Of a stretch of 64,000 bases of DNA, positions 20,587 through 30,556 are shown piece by piece. Origin of the DNA: Microcoleus sp. (lineage in GTDB: Bacteria > Cyanobacteriota > Cyanobacteriia > Cyanobacteriales > Microcoleaceae); NCBI GenBank assembly GCA_052279835.1, contig CP181291.1, positions 2,240,001 through 2,304,000 on the forward strand. Direction: 5' to 3'. Positions within the stretch are counted from its first letter, which is position 1, and every line of letters starts with the position of its first letter. A program made the position numbers and the translations under genes. Below the pieces are notes generated by a model. The model made no database searches. It saw only the letters and a program-made list of their open reading frames with translations, and was not told the DNA's origin.

Positions 20587-21291
20587 ATGACAATTGCATC
20601 GAACAACGGTTCCACAATACTTTCAGAAACCCCAGACAACAATTTGCCCCGCATCCCCACTAGACCAGACCGTAACTCATCCAACGGTCTAGAATCCCAG
20701 GTGCCGGTACCCTCCGCAGTAGGTCAGGAGGAAATGATGGAAGCAGTGCGGACAATGCTGCTAGGAATCGGAGAAAACCCCGAACGGGAAGGATTGCTCA
20801 AAACCCCCAAGCGGGTTGCAGAAGCTATGCGGTTTCTCACCAGTGGCTACAGTCAATCCCTAGAAGAACTGCTCAACGGCGCTATTTTTGACGAAGGTCA
20901 CAATGAGATGGTGTTGGTCAGAGACATCAGCGTCTTCAGTATGTGCGAACACCATATGCTACCGTTTATGGGACGAATTCATGTCGCTTACATCCCCAAC
21001 CAAAAAGTAGTCGGGTTGAGCAAATTAGCCCGCATTGTCGAGATGTACAGCCGACGGTTACAGGTACAGGAACGTTTGACTCGCCAAGTTGCCGAAGCGG
21101 TTCAAACCATATTGGAACCCAGGGGAGTAGCTGTGGTGATGGAAGCTAGTCATATGTGTATGACTATGCGCGGAGTACAAAAACCCGGTGCTTGGACAGT
21201 GACCAGTGCGATGTTGGGCATATTCCAAGACGAACAGAAAACTCGTGAAGAATTCTTGAATTTGATTCGCCATCAACCGGCATTCTTTTAG
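20587..21291 (+). CDS. folE: GTP cyclohydrolase I
   Basis: [32 protein letters not shown]. Confidence 0.96.
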   Translation: MTIASNNGSTILSETPDNNLPRIPTRPDRNSSNGLESQVPVPSAVGQEEMMEAVRTMLLGIGENPEREGLLKTPKRVAEAMRFLTSGYSQSLEELLNGAIFDEGHNEMVLVRDISVFSMCEHHMLPFMGRIHVAYIPNQKVVGLSKLARIVEMYSRRLQVQERLTRQVAEAVQTILEPRGVAVVMEASHMCMTMRGVQKPGAWTVTSAMLGIFQDEQKTREEFLNLIRHQPAFF

Positions 21292-21480
21292 TCAGTAGTC
21301 AGTAGTCATTGGTTATTGGTTATTGGTTATTTGCGGTGCCAGCTCACCTTCGTCGAAGGGTCATTAGTCAGTAGTGAGAGTAGAAGCTGTGGGAGCAATT
21401 CCATAATCTCCAATCTCAAATTAGATGACGATCGCCTGTTGAGCTAATAAAATAGATTGGTGACTCATGGCTTTTGACTA

Positions 21481-22908
21481 ATGAATCCTATTAAATTCGG
21501 TACAGATGGCTGGCGCGGCATTATTGCTGACGATTTTACATTCGATCGCGTAGCGTTAGTAGCGCCGCTAGCAGCACAAGTTCTTGGACAAACTGGTGGC
21601 AATGATGCAACCAGCGGTACTGTAATTGTGGGTTACGATCGCCGATTTTTGGCTGAAGATTTTGCCAAAACAGCGGCTTTTGCAGTCCAGAACGCCGGAT
21701 TTGACGTGCTGCTGAGCGATGGTTACGCTCCCACTCCCGCTTTTAGTTTGGCTGCGAAACAATTAAATGCTTTGGGCGCGATCGTCCTGACAGCCAGCCA
21801 TAATCCCGGTGCATATTTAGGGTTAAAAGTCAAGGGGGGATTTGGAGGTTCAGTTTCCCCGGAAGTTACTCAACAAATAGAAGCAAAGTTAGGAAATCCA
21901 GCCCCAATTTCCGCAACTCCGGGCAAATTGGAGAGTTTCAATCCTTGGCCTGCTTACTGCAAAACCTTGCGGGAAATGGTCGATATTGATGGGATTAAAC
22001 AGGCGATCGCCTCTAACAAAATTACCGTATTTGTAGATGCCATGCACGGTGCTGCCGCCGGAGGATTGGCACAGATTTTAGAAGAAACAGTGCACGAAGT
22101 CAATAGCGATCGCGATCCGCTATTTGGAGGCGGAGCACCGGAACCTTTGCCGCGCTATCTTTCGCAGTTGTTTCGGGTAATGCGAACTCACCAACGCCAA
22201 AGCTCTGGTTTGTCGATCGGGTTTGTGTTTGACGGAGATAGCGATCGGATTGCTGCTGTTGACTCTAGCGGCAATTTTCTCAGTTCACAAATCCTAGTTC
22301 CCATATTAATCGAACATTTAGCCAAACGGCGCGGGTTTACTGGGGAAGTGATTAAAACAGTCAGCGGTTCTGACATTATCCCCAAAATTGCTAAATTGTA
22401 CGACTTGCCCTTATTTGAAACGCCGATCGGTTACAAGTATATAGCCGATCGAATGTTGACCACTCAAGTCCTAGTGGGCGGCGAAGAATCGGGCGGAATC
22501 GGCTACGGTACCCACATCCCAGAAAGAGATGCTTTGTTGTCGGCGCTGTATTTGTTAGAAGCCGTTGTCAAATCCGGCGAAGATTTAAGCCAAATCTATG
22601 CCAGATTGCAAAAAGAAACAGGCTTTACTTCAGCTTACGACAGAATCGACTTGCACTTAGCAAATATGGACGAACGTTCGCGTTTGCTGTCGCTGTTGGA
22701 AAATCAACCTTTAACAAAAATCGCCGATAAAGCAGTTGTAGATTGCAACAAAGTTGACGGATATAAATTCCGTTTAGCTGACGGAAGTTGGCTATTAATT
22801 CGGTTTAGCGGTACTGAACCAGTTTTGCGGTTATATTCAGAAGCTGCGACTTTGAAAGAAGTAATGCAAAACTTGAATTGGGCGAAAGATTGGGCGCAGA
22901 AAGGTTAA
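21481..22908 (+). CDS. Phosphoglucomutase/phosphomannomutase family protein
   Basis: FGTDGWRG, TASHNP, DGDSDR, GEESGG, RFSGTEP. Confidence 0.94.
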   Translation: MNPIKFGTDGWRGIIADDFTFDRVALVAPLAAQVLGQTGGNDATSGTVIVGYDRRFLAEDFAKTAAFAVQNAGFDVLLSDGYAPTPAFSLAAKQLNALGAIVLTASHNPGAYLGLKVKGGFGGSVSPEVTQQIEAKLGNPAPISATPGKLESFNPWPAYCKTLREMVDIDGIKQAIASNKITVFVDAMHGAAAGGLAQILEETVHEVNSDRDPLFGGGAPEPLPRYLSQLFRVMRTHQRQSSGLSIGFVFDGDSDRIAAVDSSGNFLSSQILVPILIEHLAKRRGFTGEVIKTVSGSDIIPKIAKLYDLPLFETPIGYKYIADRMLTTQVLVGGEESGGIGYGTHIPERDALLSALYLLEAVVKSGEDLSQIYARLQKETGFTSAYDRIDLHLANMDERSRLLSLLENQPLTKIADKAVVDCNKVDGYKFRLADGSWLLIRFSGTEPVLRLYSEAATLKEVMQNLNWAKDWAQKG

Positions 22909-23012
22909 ACAGTTGATAATTGACAAGGGACAGCCAAATCAGCCCTAGGCTTTTGCTGTTCCTTGTCAACTGTTAATTGTTAATGATCCACCGTAATATA
23001 AAAAAAGCACTA

Positions 23013-23117
23013 ATATCAAATCCGGTAGCATCTGAATGATTCAGATCTCTATTCTCTCCCTCTGTGTCAAGAGTGTTCTCTGCGGTTAAATCATTCCGAT
23101 GCAGCCGGAAACGATAT
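23013..23117. repeat. MITE-like element with terminal inverted repeats
   Basis: ATATCAAATCCGGTAGCATCTGAATGATT...AATCATTCCGATGCAGCCGGAAACGATAT; same end recurs at ~43636 and, inverted, at ~62034-62048. Confidence 0.7.
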
Positions 23118-23262
23118 AAAACCAGATTTATTTTCACTTATTTCTCCCTGCTTCTTCTCTGTGGCCTCTGTGTCCTCTGCGGTTAATAAAAAGATTAACT
23201 GACGCTGCCACCATTGGCGCAAGATTTTTGTTAATATTAATGCGTAAGTTTTAATTGAAATA

Positions 23263-23844
23263 ATGACTAATCGTAAATTGCTAGTTGTCGCTACCAGCAA
23301 TCCCGGCAAACTCAAAGAAATGCAAGCTTATCTTCAGGATTTAGGGTGGGAATTGCAACTGAAACCCGAAGAGTTGGAAGTAGAAGAAACTGGCGATACA
23401 TTTATCGCTAATGCTTGTTTGAAAGCTGCGGAAATCGCCAAAGCAACTGGAGAATGGTCGATCGCAGATGATTCCGGTTTAATGGTAGATGCACTCGATG
23501 GCCAACCGGGAATTTATTCGGCGCGCTACGGGAAAACTGATGCTGACAGGATTGAGCGACTGCTCAAAGAATTAGGAAGCCAACACAACAGACAAGCCCA
23601 ATTTGTTTGCGCGATCGCGATCGCCCGTCCCGACGGTACAATTGCCCTGCAAGTAGAAGGAATTTGCCGCGGTGAGATTCTGCAAAGTCCTCGCGGTACC
23701 GGAGGTTTCGGGTACGATCCCATTTTCTACGTGCCGGCACAGCAACAGACTTTTGCAGAAATGACACCTGATACCAAGCGATCGTACTCTCACCGTGGCA
23801 AAGCATTCCAGTCTCTGATACCACAAATGAAGACACTTGTCTAG
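23263..23844 (+). CDS. rdgB: Non-canonical purine NTP pyrophosphatase (RdgB/HAM1)
   Basis: ATSNPGK, ADDSGL, PGIYSARY, GFGYDPIF, SHRGKA. Confidence 0.95.
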   Translation: MTNRKLLVVATSNPGKLKEMQAYLQDLGWELQLKPEELEVEETGDTFIANACLKAAEIAKATGEWSIADDSGLMVDALDGQPGIYSARYGKTDADRIERLLKELGSQHNRQAQFVCAIAIARPDGTIALQVEGICRGEILQSPRGTGGFGYDPIFYVPAQQQTFAEMTPDTKRSYSHRGKAFQSLIPQMKTLV

Positions 23845-23920
23845 TAACAGAATAGGGAGATAGGGAGAGGGCCAGAGAAGGCTACAAATTCCGATTCCCC
23901 ATTCCCCATTCCCAAATTTC

Positions 23921-24277
<357 letters not shown>

Positions 24278-24347
24278 TTACTTCTTTCGTTATATTACTT
24301 AATTGGGGTGACACCTTTTGATATCATTGCCAACGCCATTGCATTTT

Positions 24348-24361
24348 GTAAAATATACTAC
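24348..24361. promoter_or_regulatory. NtcA binding site upstream of glnB
   Basis: GTA-AAATATAC-TAC matches GTA-N8-TAC, ~90 bp upstream of glnB, a known NtcA target. Confidence 0.7.
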
Positions 24362-24402
24362 CGTATGTTCCAACGCCATTGAAATGTAGACCAACCTTTG
24401 AC

Positions 24403-24809
24403 CAAAAAACTGGGATACAAGCCCCGTTACTTCGACTACGCTCAGCACATCGCCTTATAGGACGGCTTTAATTGTAAATTTTTGTTGCAATATTAAATAT
24501 CTTGTGCTAAATAGCTGAGAATTTAATTGGTTGAAATACCCACCTAAGATTGCAGCGATATATACTCATTTTGAGTTGAAACCGGGACTGATCCAGTAAT
24601 AGGGAAAGACTGAAGGGCAATGGTTAAAATCCAACCTGGAAGCAAAATAAAAAGTATTGTTAATGTTTTTCTTTCCAAACGATACATAGTCGGGACAGGG
24701 CATTGCCACGACTGTAAATGGACGCAGAGACAGAGTAAGACTACCTTTGGTAGCGTCAGTCGGTGAAGCGTCAAGAATCACCGCGCTCATCTGCCGGTGA
24801 GTATGTCAA
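24403..24809 (+). mobile_element. Non-autonomous IS200/IS605-family miniature element (no tnpA/tnpB ORF)
   Basis: Preceded by TTGAC; left end CAAAAAACTGGGATACAAGCCCCGT..CCTTATAGGACGGCTT hairpin; right end AAGAATCACCGCG...CGGTGAGTATGTCAA hairpin ending in TCAA. Confidence 0.75.
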
Positions 24810-24829
24810 AAAATTCCTTGATTTTACTC
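24690..24829 (+). ncRNA. Putative TnpB-type omega-RNA (right-end RNA) plus flanking guide
   Basis: tnpB 3'-end-like sequence (GQGIATTVNGRRDRVRL frame), GACGC/GCGTC pairing, right-end hairpin; boundaries approximate. Confidence 0.5.
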
Positions 24830-25009
24830 AAGGCTGGGTTAGGTTGAGCCGCTAGAAGTAGGGTCAAACAGACCGCAGCCTTTCAACGGCGATCTGCTAA
24901 AACAGAAAAAGCACCTAGGAGACAGGAGTTTTCCCAGTCTCAATTTTGTCATGTCAAATTTGCACATATTCTTGAAAAATATAATTAGGCGGTCAGTTAA
25001 ACTATTCCT

Positions 25010-26296
25010 ATGCACCCAGCTAGCCCTCCCCCTGACCGTAACGGCCTTGATGCCCTGTTGAGAAATCGCCCCTTCCTCGCCTTGTGGACTGGGCAGTTGT
25101 TGGCGCAAGTGGCAGATAAGATTTTTTATGTATTGCTGATTATCCTCCTGAAAACAGGCGGTTACACACCAGGTCACAATTCGGAAAATTCCATGCTGTC
25201 AGCGGTGATGATTGCCTACACAGTGCCGGCAATCGTTTTTGGTTCGATCGCAGGTATTGTCGTAGACCGCTTTTCCAAAAAGCAAATGCTGATTGGGTGC
25301 AACGTGATTCGCGCCCTACTGATTGTCGCGATGACGCTTTTGCCCAAAGCCTTTGTCGTGTTGTTGGTGATTACGTTTTTGGTTTCTACTGTTACCCAAT
25401 TTTTTGCTCCCGCCGAAGCAGCCGCTATTCCCCTAGCAGTGGGGCGAGAGGGACTGATGTCGGCCAATGCCCTATTCGCCTCATCCACGATGGGTGGCAT
25501 CATTGTCGGTATGACCATCGGCGAACCGCTGTTTAGTTGGATCAAACACAGCTACGGAGCCGGTTCGCGAGAGTTTTTGCTCGGCGGGTTGTACCTGATC
25601 TCGGCCGTTTTGATTTATGGGATGCGTATCAAAGAAAATCATGCCGGCAGCAGTGCCAAAAACATCCATCCTTGGCAAGATTTTAAAGAAGGTTTGCGCT
25701 ATTTGAAAAGGAATCCCCTTGTCAGTAACGCGATGCTACAGTTGACAATTTTGTATTCCGTGTTTGCTGCACTTCAGGTGTTGGCGATCGCCCTTTCAGG
25801 TAAAATAGGTCTTAAAGAAACTCAATTTGGCTTTTTGCTCGCTGCTGCGGGTGTAGGCATGGTATTTGGCGCAGCCTTTTTGGGACATTGGGGCGATCGA
25901 ATGCACCACAAACCTTTACCCTTAATTGGTTTCTTAATGATGGGTTTTGTATTGGTAATGTTTGCCTTTACCAGACAGTTGTGGTTGGGATTTAGTTTAA
26001 GCGCTTTGTTCGGTTTCGGGGCTTCACTGATTAACGGCCCGATGCAAGCGTTAATTCAAGAACAAACTCCAGAATCGATGCGGGGAAAAGTCTTTGGATT
26101 CGAGAACAATGCGATTAATATTGCCCTCAGCCTGCCTTTAGCGATTACCGGCCCGCTGACAGATGCTGTCGGTAAAGCCGTAGGTTCCGATGACCTCGGT
26201 TTGCGGATCGTGTTGATGAGTTTGGGCTGTTTAGTGGCGGTAATGGGGATTGCAGCTTGGCGGCATACTCGCCATGTTTTGCAAGATGTTGTTTGA
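25010..26296 (+). CDS. MFS transporter
   Basis: 428 aa with many TM helices; GIVVDRFSKK motif A; RGKVFG. Confidence 0.9.
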   Translation: MHPASPPPDRNGLDALLRNRPFLALWTGQLLAQVADKIFYVLLIILLKTGGYTPGHNSENSMLSAVMIAYTVPAIVFGSIAGIVVDRFSKKQMLIGCNVIRALLIVAMTLLPKAFVVLLVITFLVSTVTQFFAPAEAAAIPLAVGREGLMSANALFASSTMGGIIVGMTIGEPLFSWIKHSYGAGSREFLLGGLYLISAVLIYGMRIKENHAGSSAKNIHPWQDFKEGLRYLKRNPLVSNAMLQLTILYSVFAALQVLAIALSGKIGLKETQFGFLLAAAGVGMVFGAAFLGHWGDRMHHKPLPLIGFLMMGFVLVMFAFTRQLWLGFSLSALFGFGASLINGPMQALIQEQTPESMRGKVFGFENNAINIALSLPLAITGPLTDAVGKAVGSDDLGLRIVLMSLGCLVAVMGIAAWRHTRHVLQDVV

Positions 26297-26362
26297 ATTT
26301 AGTCAACAGTCATCAGTCATCAGTTATTAGTCATCAGTCAACGATGTTTAGAGACTTCCCAA

Positions 26363-27433
26363 ATGAAAGTTCAATCTGTTGAGCTAAAGTATTTCAAGAA
26401 ATTTGCGAATCCTCCGGTATTTGATTTCACCGATCCCGAAACCGGGTTGGCACGAAATCTGATTGTTCTAATTGGCATGAACGGCTCAGGCAAAACAAGT
26501 CTTTTACAAGCGATCGCAGCAACATTAGGTACGGCTACCGGACGATTACAAAAATTTTCTGACTTAGAATGGGCAGGATTTAACTATGAATTGCTAGGAA
26601 ACAACTGGGGAAAATTTCCACCCGAAGTCACTTTACAGGTACAGTTTTCCTCGCAAGAACTTCAAGCAGTTGCAGACTTTTACCAAAAATTACAAGGGAT
26701 GGGACACAATTTAACAGTTCCTCCGGCACAAGAACATAGTGTGAAACTCAAATGGCGATCGCCATCTGAGCTAGTCGTAGCGGATAGGGCTCCTGAATTA
26801 TTTCAATTTAAAGGACGAGAATACGCTAAACGACTGCTTCGTTCTGAAGGCTTTCAGGCGTTTGAGCGAGTTGGCAGCGTTTTTTGGTACACCGAGCAAA
26901 GAACTGCAACTAGCCTAACAACAGAAGATCCCGAAAAGCAACAAGAAATTACTGAGGATATTTTGCGCGATCGGCTATCAAAATGGCGGCAGTTTCATCA
27001 AGATGTCGAAACAGGTAGAATTCAGCAACTGCGACCGGGACAAAAAGACTTGTATGCTGAAATTGAACGAGGTTACAAAGGAGTGTTTCCCCAACGCAGC
27101 TTTCTAGGCCCCGTCCCGCGCGAGAATATAGATGATATCCTGAGCGAACCTTGGTTTTATCTTTACGACGGCAGAAAGCAGTATGAAATTTCTGAGATGT
27201 CTGGAGGCGAACGAGCTGTCTTTCCCATCCTCATGGATTTTGCCAATTGGAACATTCATAATTCGCTCATCTTGATTGATGAAATTGAATTGCACCTCCA
27301 CCCACCAATGCAACAGGCATTCCTTAGATCCTTGACTAAGCTAGGCAATAATAATCAGTTTATAATTACAACCCACTCTGATTATGTGGAGCAATTAGTG
27401 CCTGAAGCACACATTATCAGGCTAGAGGTGTAA
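26363..27433 (+). CDS. ABC-type (AAA_15/AAA_21-like) ATPase, AriA-like
   Basis: Walker A GMNGSGKTS, signature MSGGE, Walker B/D-loop ILIDEIELHLHP, H-loop ITTHS; no TM partner. Confidence 0.88.
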   Translation: MKVQSVELKYFKKFANPPVFDFTDPETGLARNLIVLIGMNGSGKTSLLQAIAATLGTATGRLQKFSDLEWAGFNYELLGNNWGKFPPEVTLQVQFSSQELQAVADFYQKLQGMGHNLTVPPAQEHSVKLKWRSPSELVVADRAPELFQFKGREYAKRLLRSEGFQAFERVGSVFWYTEQRTATSLTTEDPEKQQEITEDILRDRLSKWRQFHQDVETGRIQQLRPGQKDLYAEIERGYKGVFPQRSFLGPVPRENIDDILSEPWFYLYDGRKQYEISEMSGGERAVFPILMDFANWNIHNSLILIDEIELHLHPPMQQAFLRSLTKLGNNNQFIITTHSDYVEQLVPEAHIIRLEV

Positions 27434-27435
27434 TT

Positions 27436-28305
27436 GTGAGTGTTGTCAGTAGCAAAATTATTTTCTGCGAAGGAAAGCAAAGAAGTTTGGATGCCCAACT
27501 GCTGGAGCGGGTTTTAGAAACACTACCAGCAGAGCGGCCTACAATTGTCCCCTGTGGCAGTAAATTTAGCTTTTCTTTATTTGCACAGGGTTATTTTTCC
27601 CGTAAAGAAATTTGCAGTCAAAAATATCTCGTTTTCCGAGATCGAGACTTCGATGCCAAGCCTTCAGAAGAGGTACGACTGATTCAATTAGACAGTCAAT
27701 CCGTTTGGTTAACGCATCGAGCTTGCATTGAGAACTATTTCCTAGATCCTGACTTGATTCATGATTATTGGCGAGAAAAATATATCGAGAAGCAGGAAAA
27801 TCCCATTTCAAAATGGGCACATAAAGACTCTCCAGGTATCAATAGGATTGCACAATGGATTGAAACTGCTGCAAAGAGCTTGCAAGACTACCAAGCTGTA
27901 CGCTGGGCTTTAGGCGAGCTGTTGGTCTCAAGTTCAACGAGAACGCAGCTCAAGACAACTTGGACTGGTGGTAGCGGTCAGCTTCCCCCGTCTTTAGCGC
28001 TAGTAGATTGTCGAACTGAAGCTAGAGAACTAATTAACCAATTTAGACAAGCTGTCGAAACAGTTACACTAGATAGATTTGAAGCAAGCCTAGCTAATTA
28101 TCAACAGCAATTTAGTCAATCAGAATTTTGGTCGCAGAAACAGTATGTAATCTGGTTTCACGGGAAAGATATTCAAAAAGAAATGCAAAAGCAAGAATCT
28201 CAATATATCTCTCTAAAAGAATTTTTTAATTGGGCTGCCAATCAATTGGACATCGATCGACATCTCGATCTCAGGGAGTTACGAAGTAAGATTGAGCAGC
28301 TATAA
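27436..28305 (+). CDS. TOPRIM-like protein (DUF4435/AriB-like)
   Basis: IFCEG, DRDFD and IENY motifs; starts 2 bp after the ATPase stop. Confidence 0.75.
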   Translation: MSVVSSKIIFCEGKQRSLDAQLLERVLETLPAERPTIVPCGSKFSFSLFAQGYFSRKEICSQKYLVFRDRDFDAKPSEEVRLIQLDSQSVWLTHRACIENYFLDPDLIHDYWREKYIEKQENPISKWAHKDSPGINRIAQWIETAAKSLQDYQAVRWALGELLVSSSTRTQLKTTWTGGSGQLPPSLALVDCRTEARELINQFRQAVETVTLDRFEASLANYQQQFSQSEFWSQKQYVIWFHGKDIQKEMQKQESQYISLKEFFNWAANQLDIDRHLDLRELRSKIEQL

Positions 28306-28524
28306 CTGTCGATGTGACTGTTGAGGATGCGGAATGCGGGTTAGATGCGTGACGGTAGCGTATTTCCAGCTCAGCCCTCTGGGGTTCTCCCGCGATCGGA
28401 ATCTCCCCTGTCTCCCTCTCGGGTTCTAAAACTTCTATGCCCCAAGCCGATGTCTTATTCTCAAGTGTTGAGAAAAATATCAACACTCCAACTTTTAAAG
28501 CTTCCATATTGAGAAAGAAGTAAA

Positions 28525-30408
28525 ATGAAAGCCTTAATCGTAAATTATAATTACTTTGAGGAAAAAGAATCTGTGCAACTAAAAACTAAAGTAGCGGTAA
28601 AGCGTGCAACTGGTGCATTTGCTCTCATAGACAGCTTGAGACGCCACGGTGTCAAGCATATTTTTGGTTATCCCGGCGGCGCAATTCTGCCGATTTACGA
28701 CGAACTATACCGCGCTGAAGCCGAGGGCGGCATCCAACATATTCTGGTGCGCCACGAGCAAGGTGCTGCTCACGCTGCCGATGGATATGCCCGCGCTACC
28801 GGACAAGTAGGGGTGTGTTTCGCCACTTCCGGGCCCGGTGCAACTAACTTGGTGACGGGGATTGCGACGGCTCACATGGATTCGATCCCGATGGTAATTA
28901 TTACCGGTCAGGTGGCTCGGCCGGCGATCGGCACAGACGCTTTTCAGGAAACCGATATCTATGGCATTACACTGCCCATTGTCAAGCATTCCTATGTAGT
29001 ACGCGACCCCAGAGATATGGCGAAAATAGTCGCCGAGGCTTTCCACATCGCCAGTACGGGGCGTCCAGGGCCAGTGTTGGTGGACGTACCCAAGGATGTG
29101 GGTTTGGAGGAATTTGACTATCTGCCCGTCGAGCCTGGAGCAGTCAGGATTCCTGGTTATCGGCCGACAGTGAAGGGAAATCCCCGGCAAATTAATCAAG
29201 CAATTCATTTGCTCAACGAATCCCAACGTCCTTTGATCTATGTCGGTGGCGGTGCGATCGCAGCGGGAGCCCATGATGAAATTAAAGAACTAGCTGAGCT
29301 TTTCCAAATCCCTGTAACCACAACGCTGATGGGCAAAGGTGCCTTTGATGAAAACCATCCTTTGTCAGTGAAAATGCTGGGGATGCACGGCACTGCTTAC
29401 GCGAATTTTGCCGTCACCGAGTGCGATTTGTTGATTGCTGTCGGAGCCCGATTTGACGATCGCGTCACAGGCAAATTAGACGAGTTTGCCGCCCGCGCCA
29501 AGGTGATTCACATCGACATCGACCCCGCTGAGGTAGGTAAAAATCGCGGACCAGAAGTTCCGATTGTCGGAGATGTCCGCCAAGTTTTGATCGATATGCT
29601 GCGTCGCTGTCGTGAAACAGGAGTTTCGGGAAATCCGGGACAAACACGGGCATGGCTCGAAAGGATCGACGGCTGGAAACGCGATTACCCCTTAGTCGTA
29701 CCTCATTACCCAGAAATTTTGTCTCCCCAAGAGGTGATTTCCGAGTTGGGAACTCAAGCGCCGGATGCTTACTACACCACCGATGTGGGTCAACATCAAA
29801 TGTGGTCGGCTCAATTCCTCAACAACGGGCCTCGTCGCTGGATTTCTAGTGCTGGCTTGGGAACTATGGGTTACGGACTGCCAGCGGCAATGGGTGCGAA
29901 AATGGCACTGCCCCAGGAGCAAGTAATTTGTATTGCTGGCGATGCTAGCGTCCAAATGAATATTCAAGAGTTGGGAACCCTAGCACAGTACGGCATAAAT
30001 GTCAAGCTAGTAATTGTGAATAATGGCTGGCAGGGCATGGTGCGGCAGTGGCAGCAGGCTTTCTATGGGGAGCGCTATTCGTCGTCGAACATGACTGTGG
30101 GGATGCCGGATTTTGTAATGTTGGCTCAAGCTTATGGCGTGAAGGGGATACTGGTTTCAAAGCCGGGTGAACTGAAGGGGGCGATCGCCGAAATGCTAGC
30201 CCATGAAGGCCCGGTACTTTTGGACGTGAAGGTGACGAGGGACGAAAACTGTTATCCGATGGTTGTTCCCGGTAAGAGCAACGCTCAAATGGTTGGTTTA
30301 CCCCAACGCAGCAACTTGGAATCGGCAGAGTTAATTTATTGTCCCAGTTGTGGGGCGAAGAATGTTTCGACTAATAAGTTTTGTCCTGAGTGTGGGACAA
30401 AAGTTTAG
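28525..30408 (+). CDS. ilvB: Acetolactate synthase large subunit with C-terminal zinc ribbon
   Basis: [33 protein letters not shown]...NN; CPSC...CPEC tail; alternative GTG start at 28573. Confidence 0.95.
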
Positions 30409-30498
30409 TTGACAGTTGACGGTTGACAGTTGACAGTTGACAGTTGACGGTTGACAGTTGACGGTTGACAGTTGACTGTTGACTGTTAACCGTTGACT
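30407..30498. repeat. STRR heptamer tandem repeat ((A/G/T)GTTGAC)n
   Basis: About 13 units directly visible. Confidence 0.9.
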
Positions 30499-30500
30499 GT

Positions 30501-30556
30501 ATTCCCAATTCCCAATTCCCAATTCCCAATTCCCAATTCCCAATTCCCAATTCCCA
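30501..30556. repeat. STRR heptamer tandem repeat (ATTCCCA) x8
   Basis: Directly visible, abutting the pyrC start codon. Confidence 0.95.

Noticed and set aside
24529..24599. KYPPKIA frame as an IS200 tnpA remnant inside the mini-element
   Set aside because: Too short a match to support by eye; no HUH motif or extended ORF
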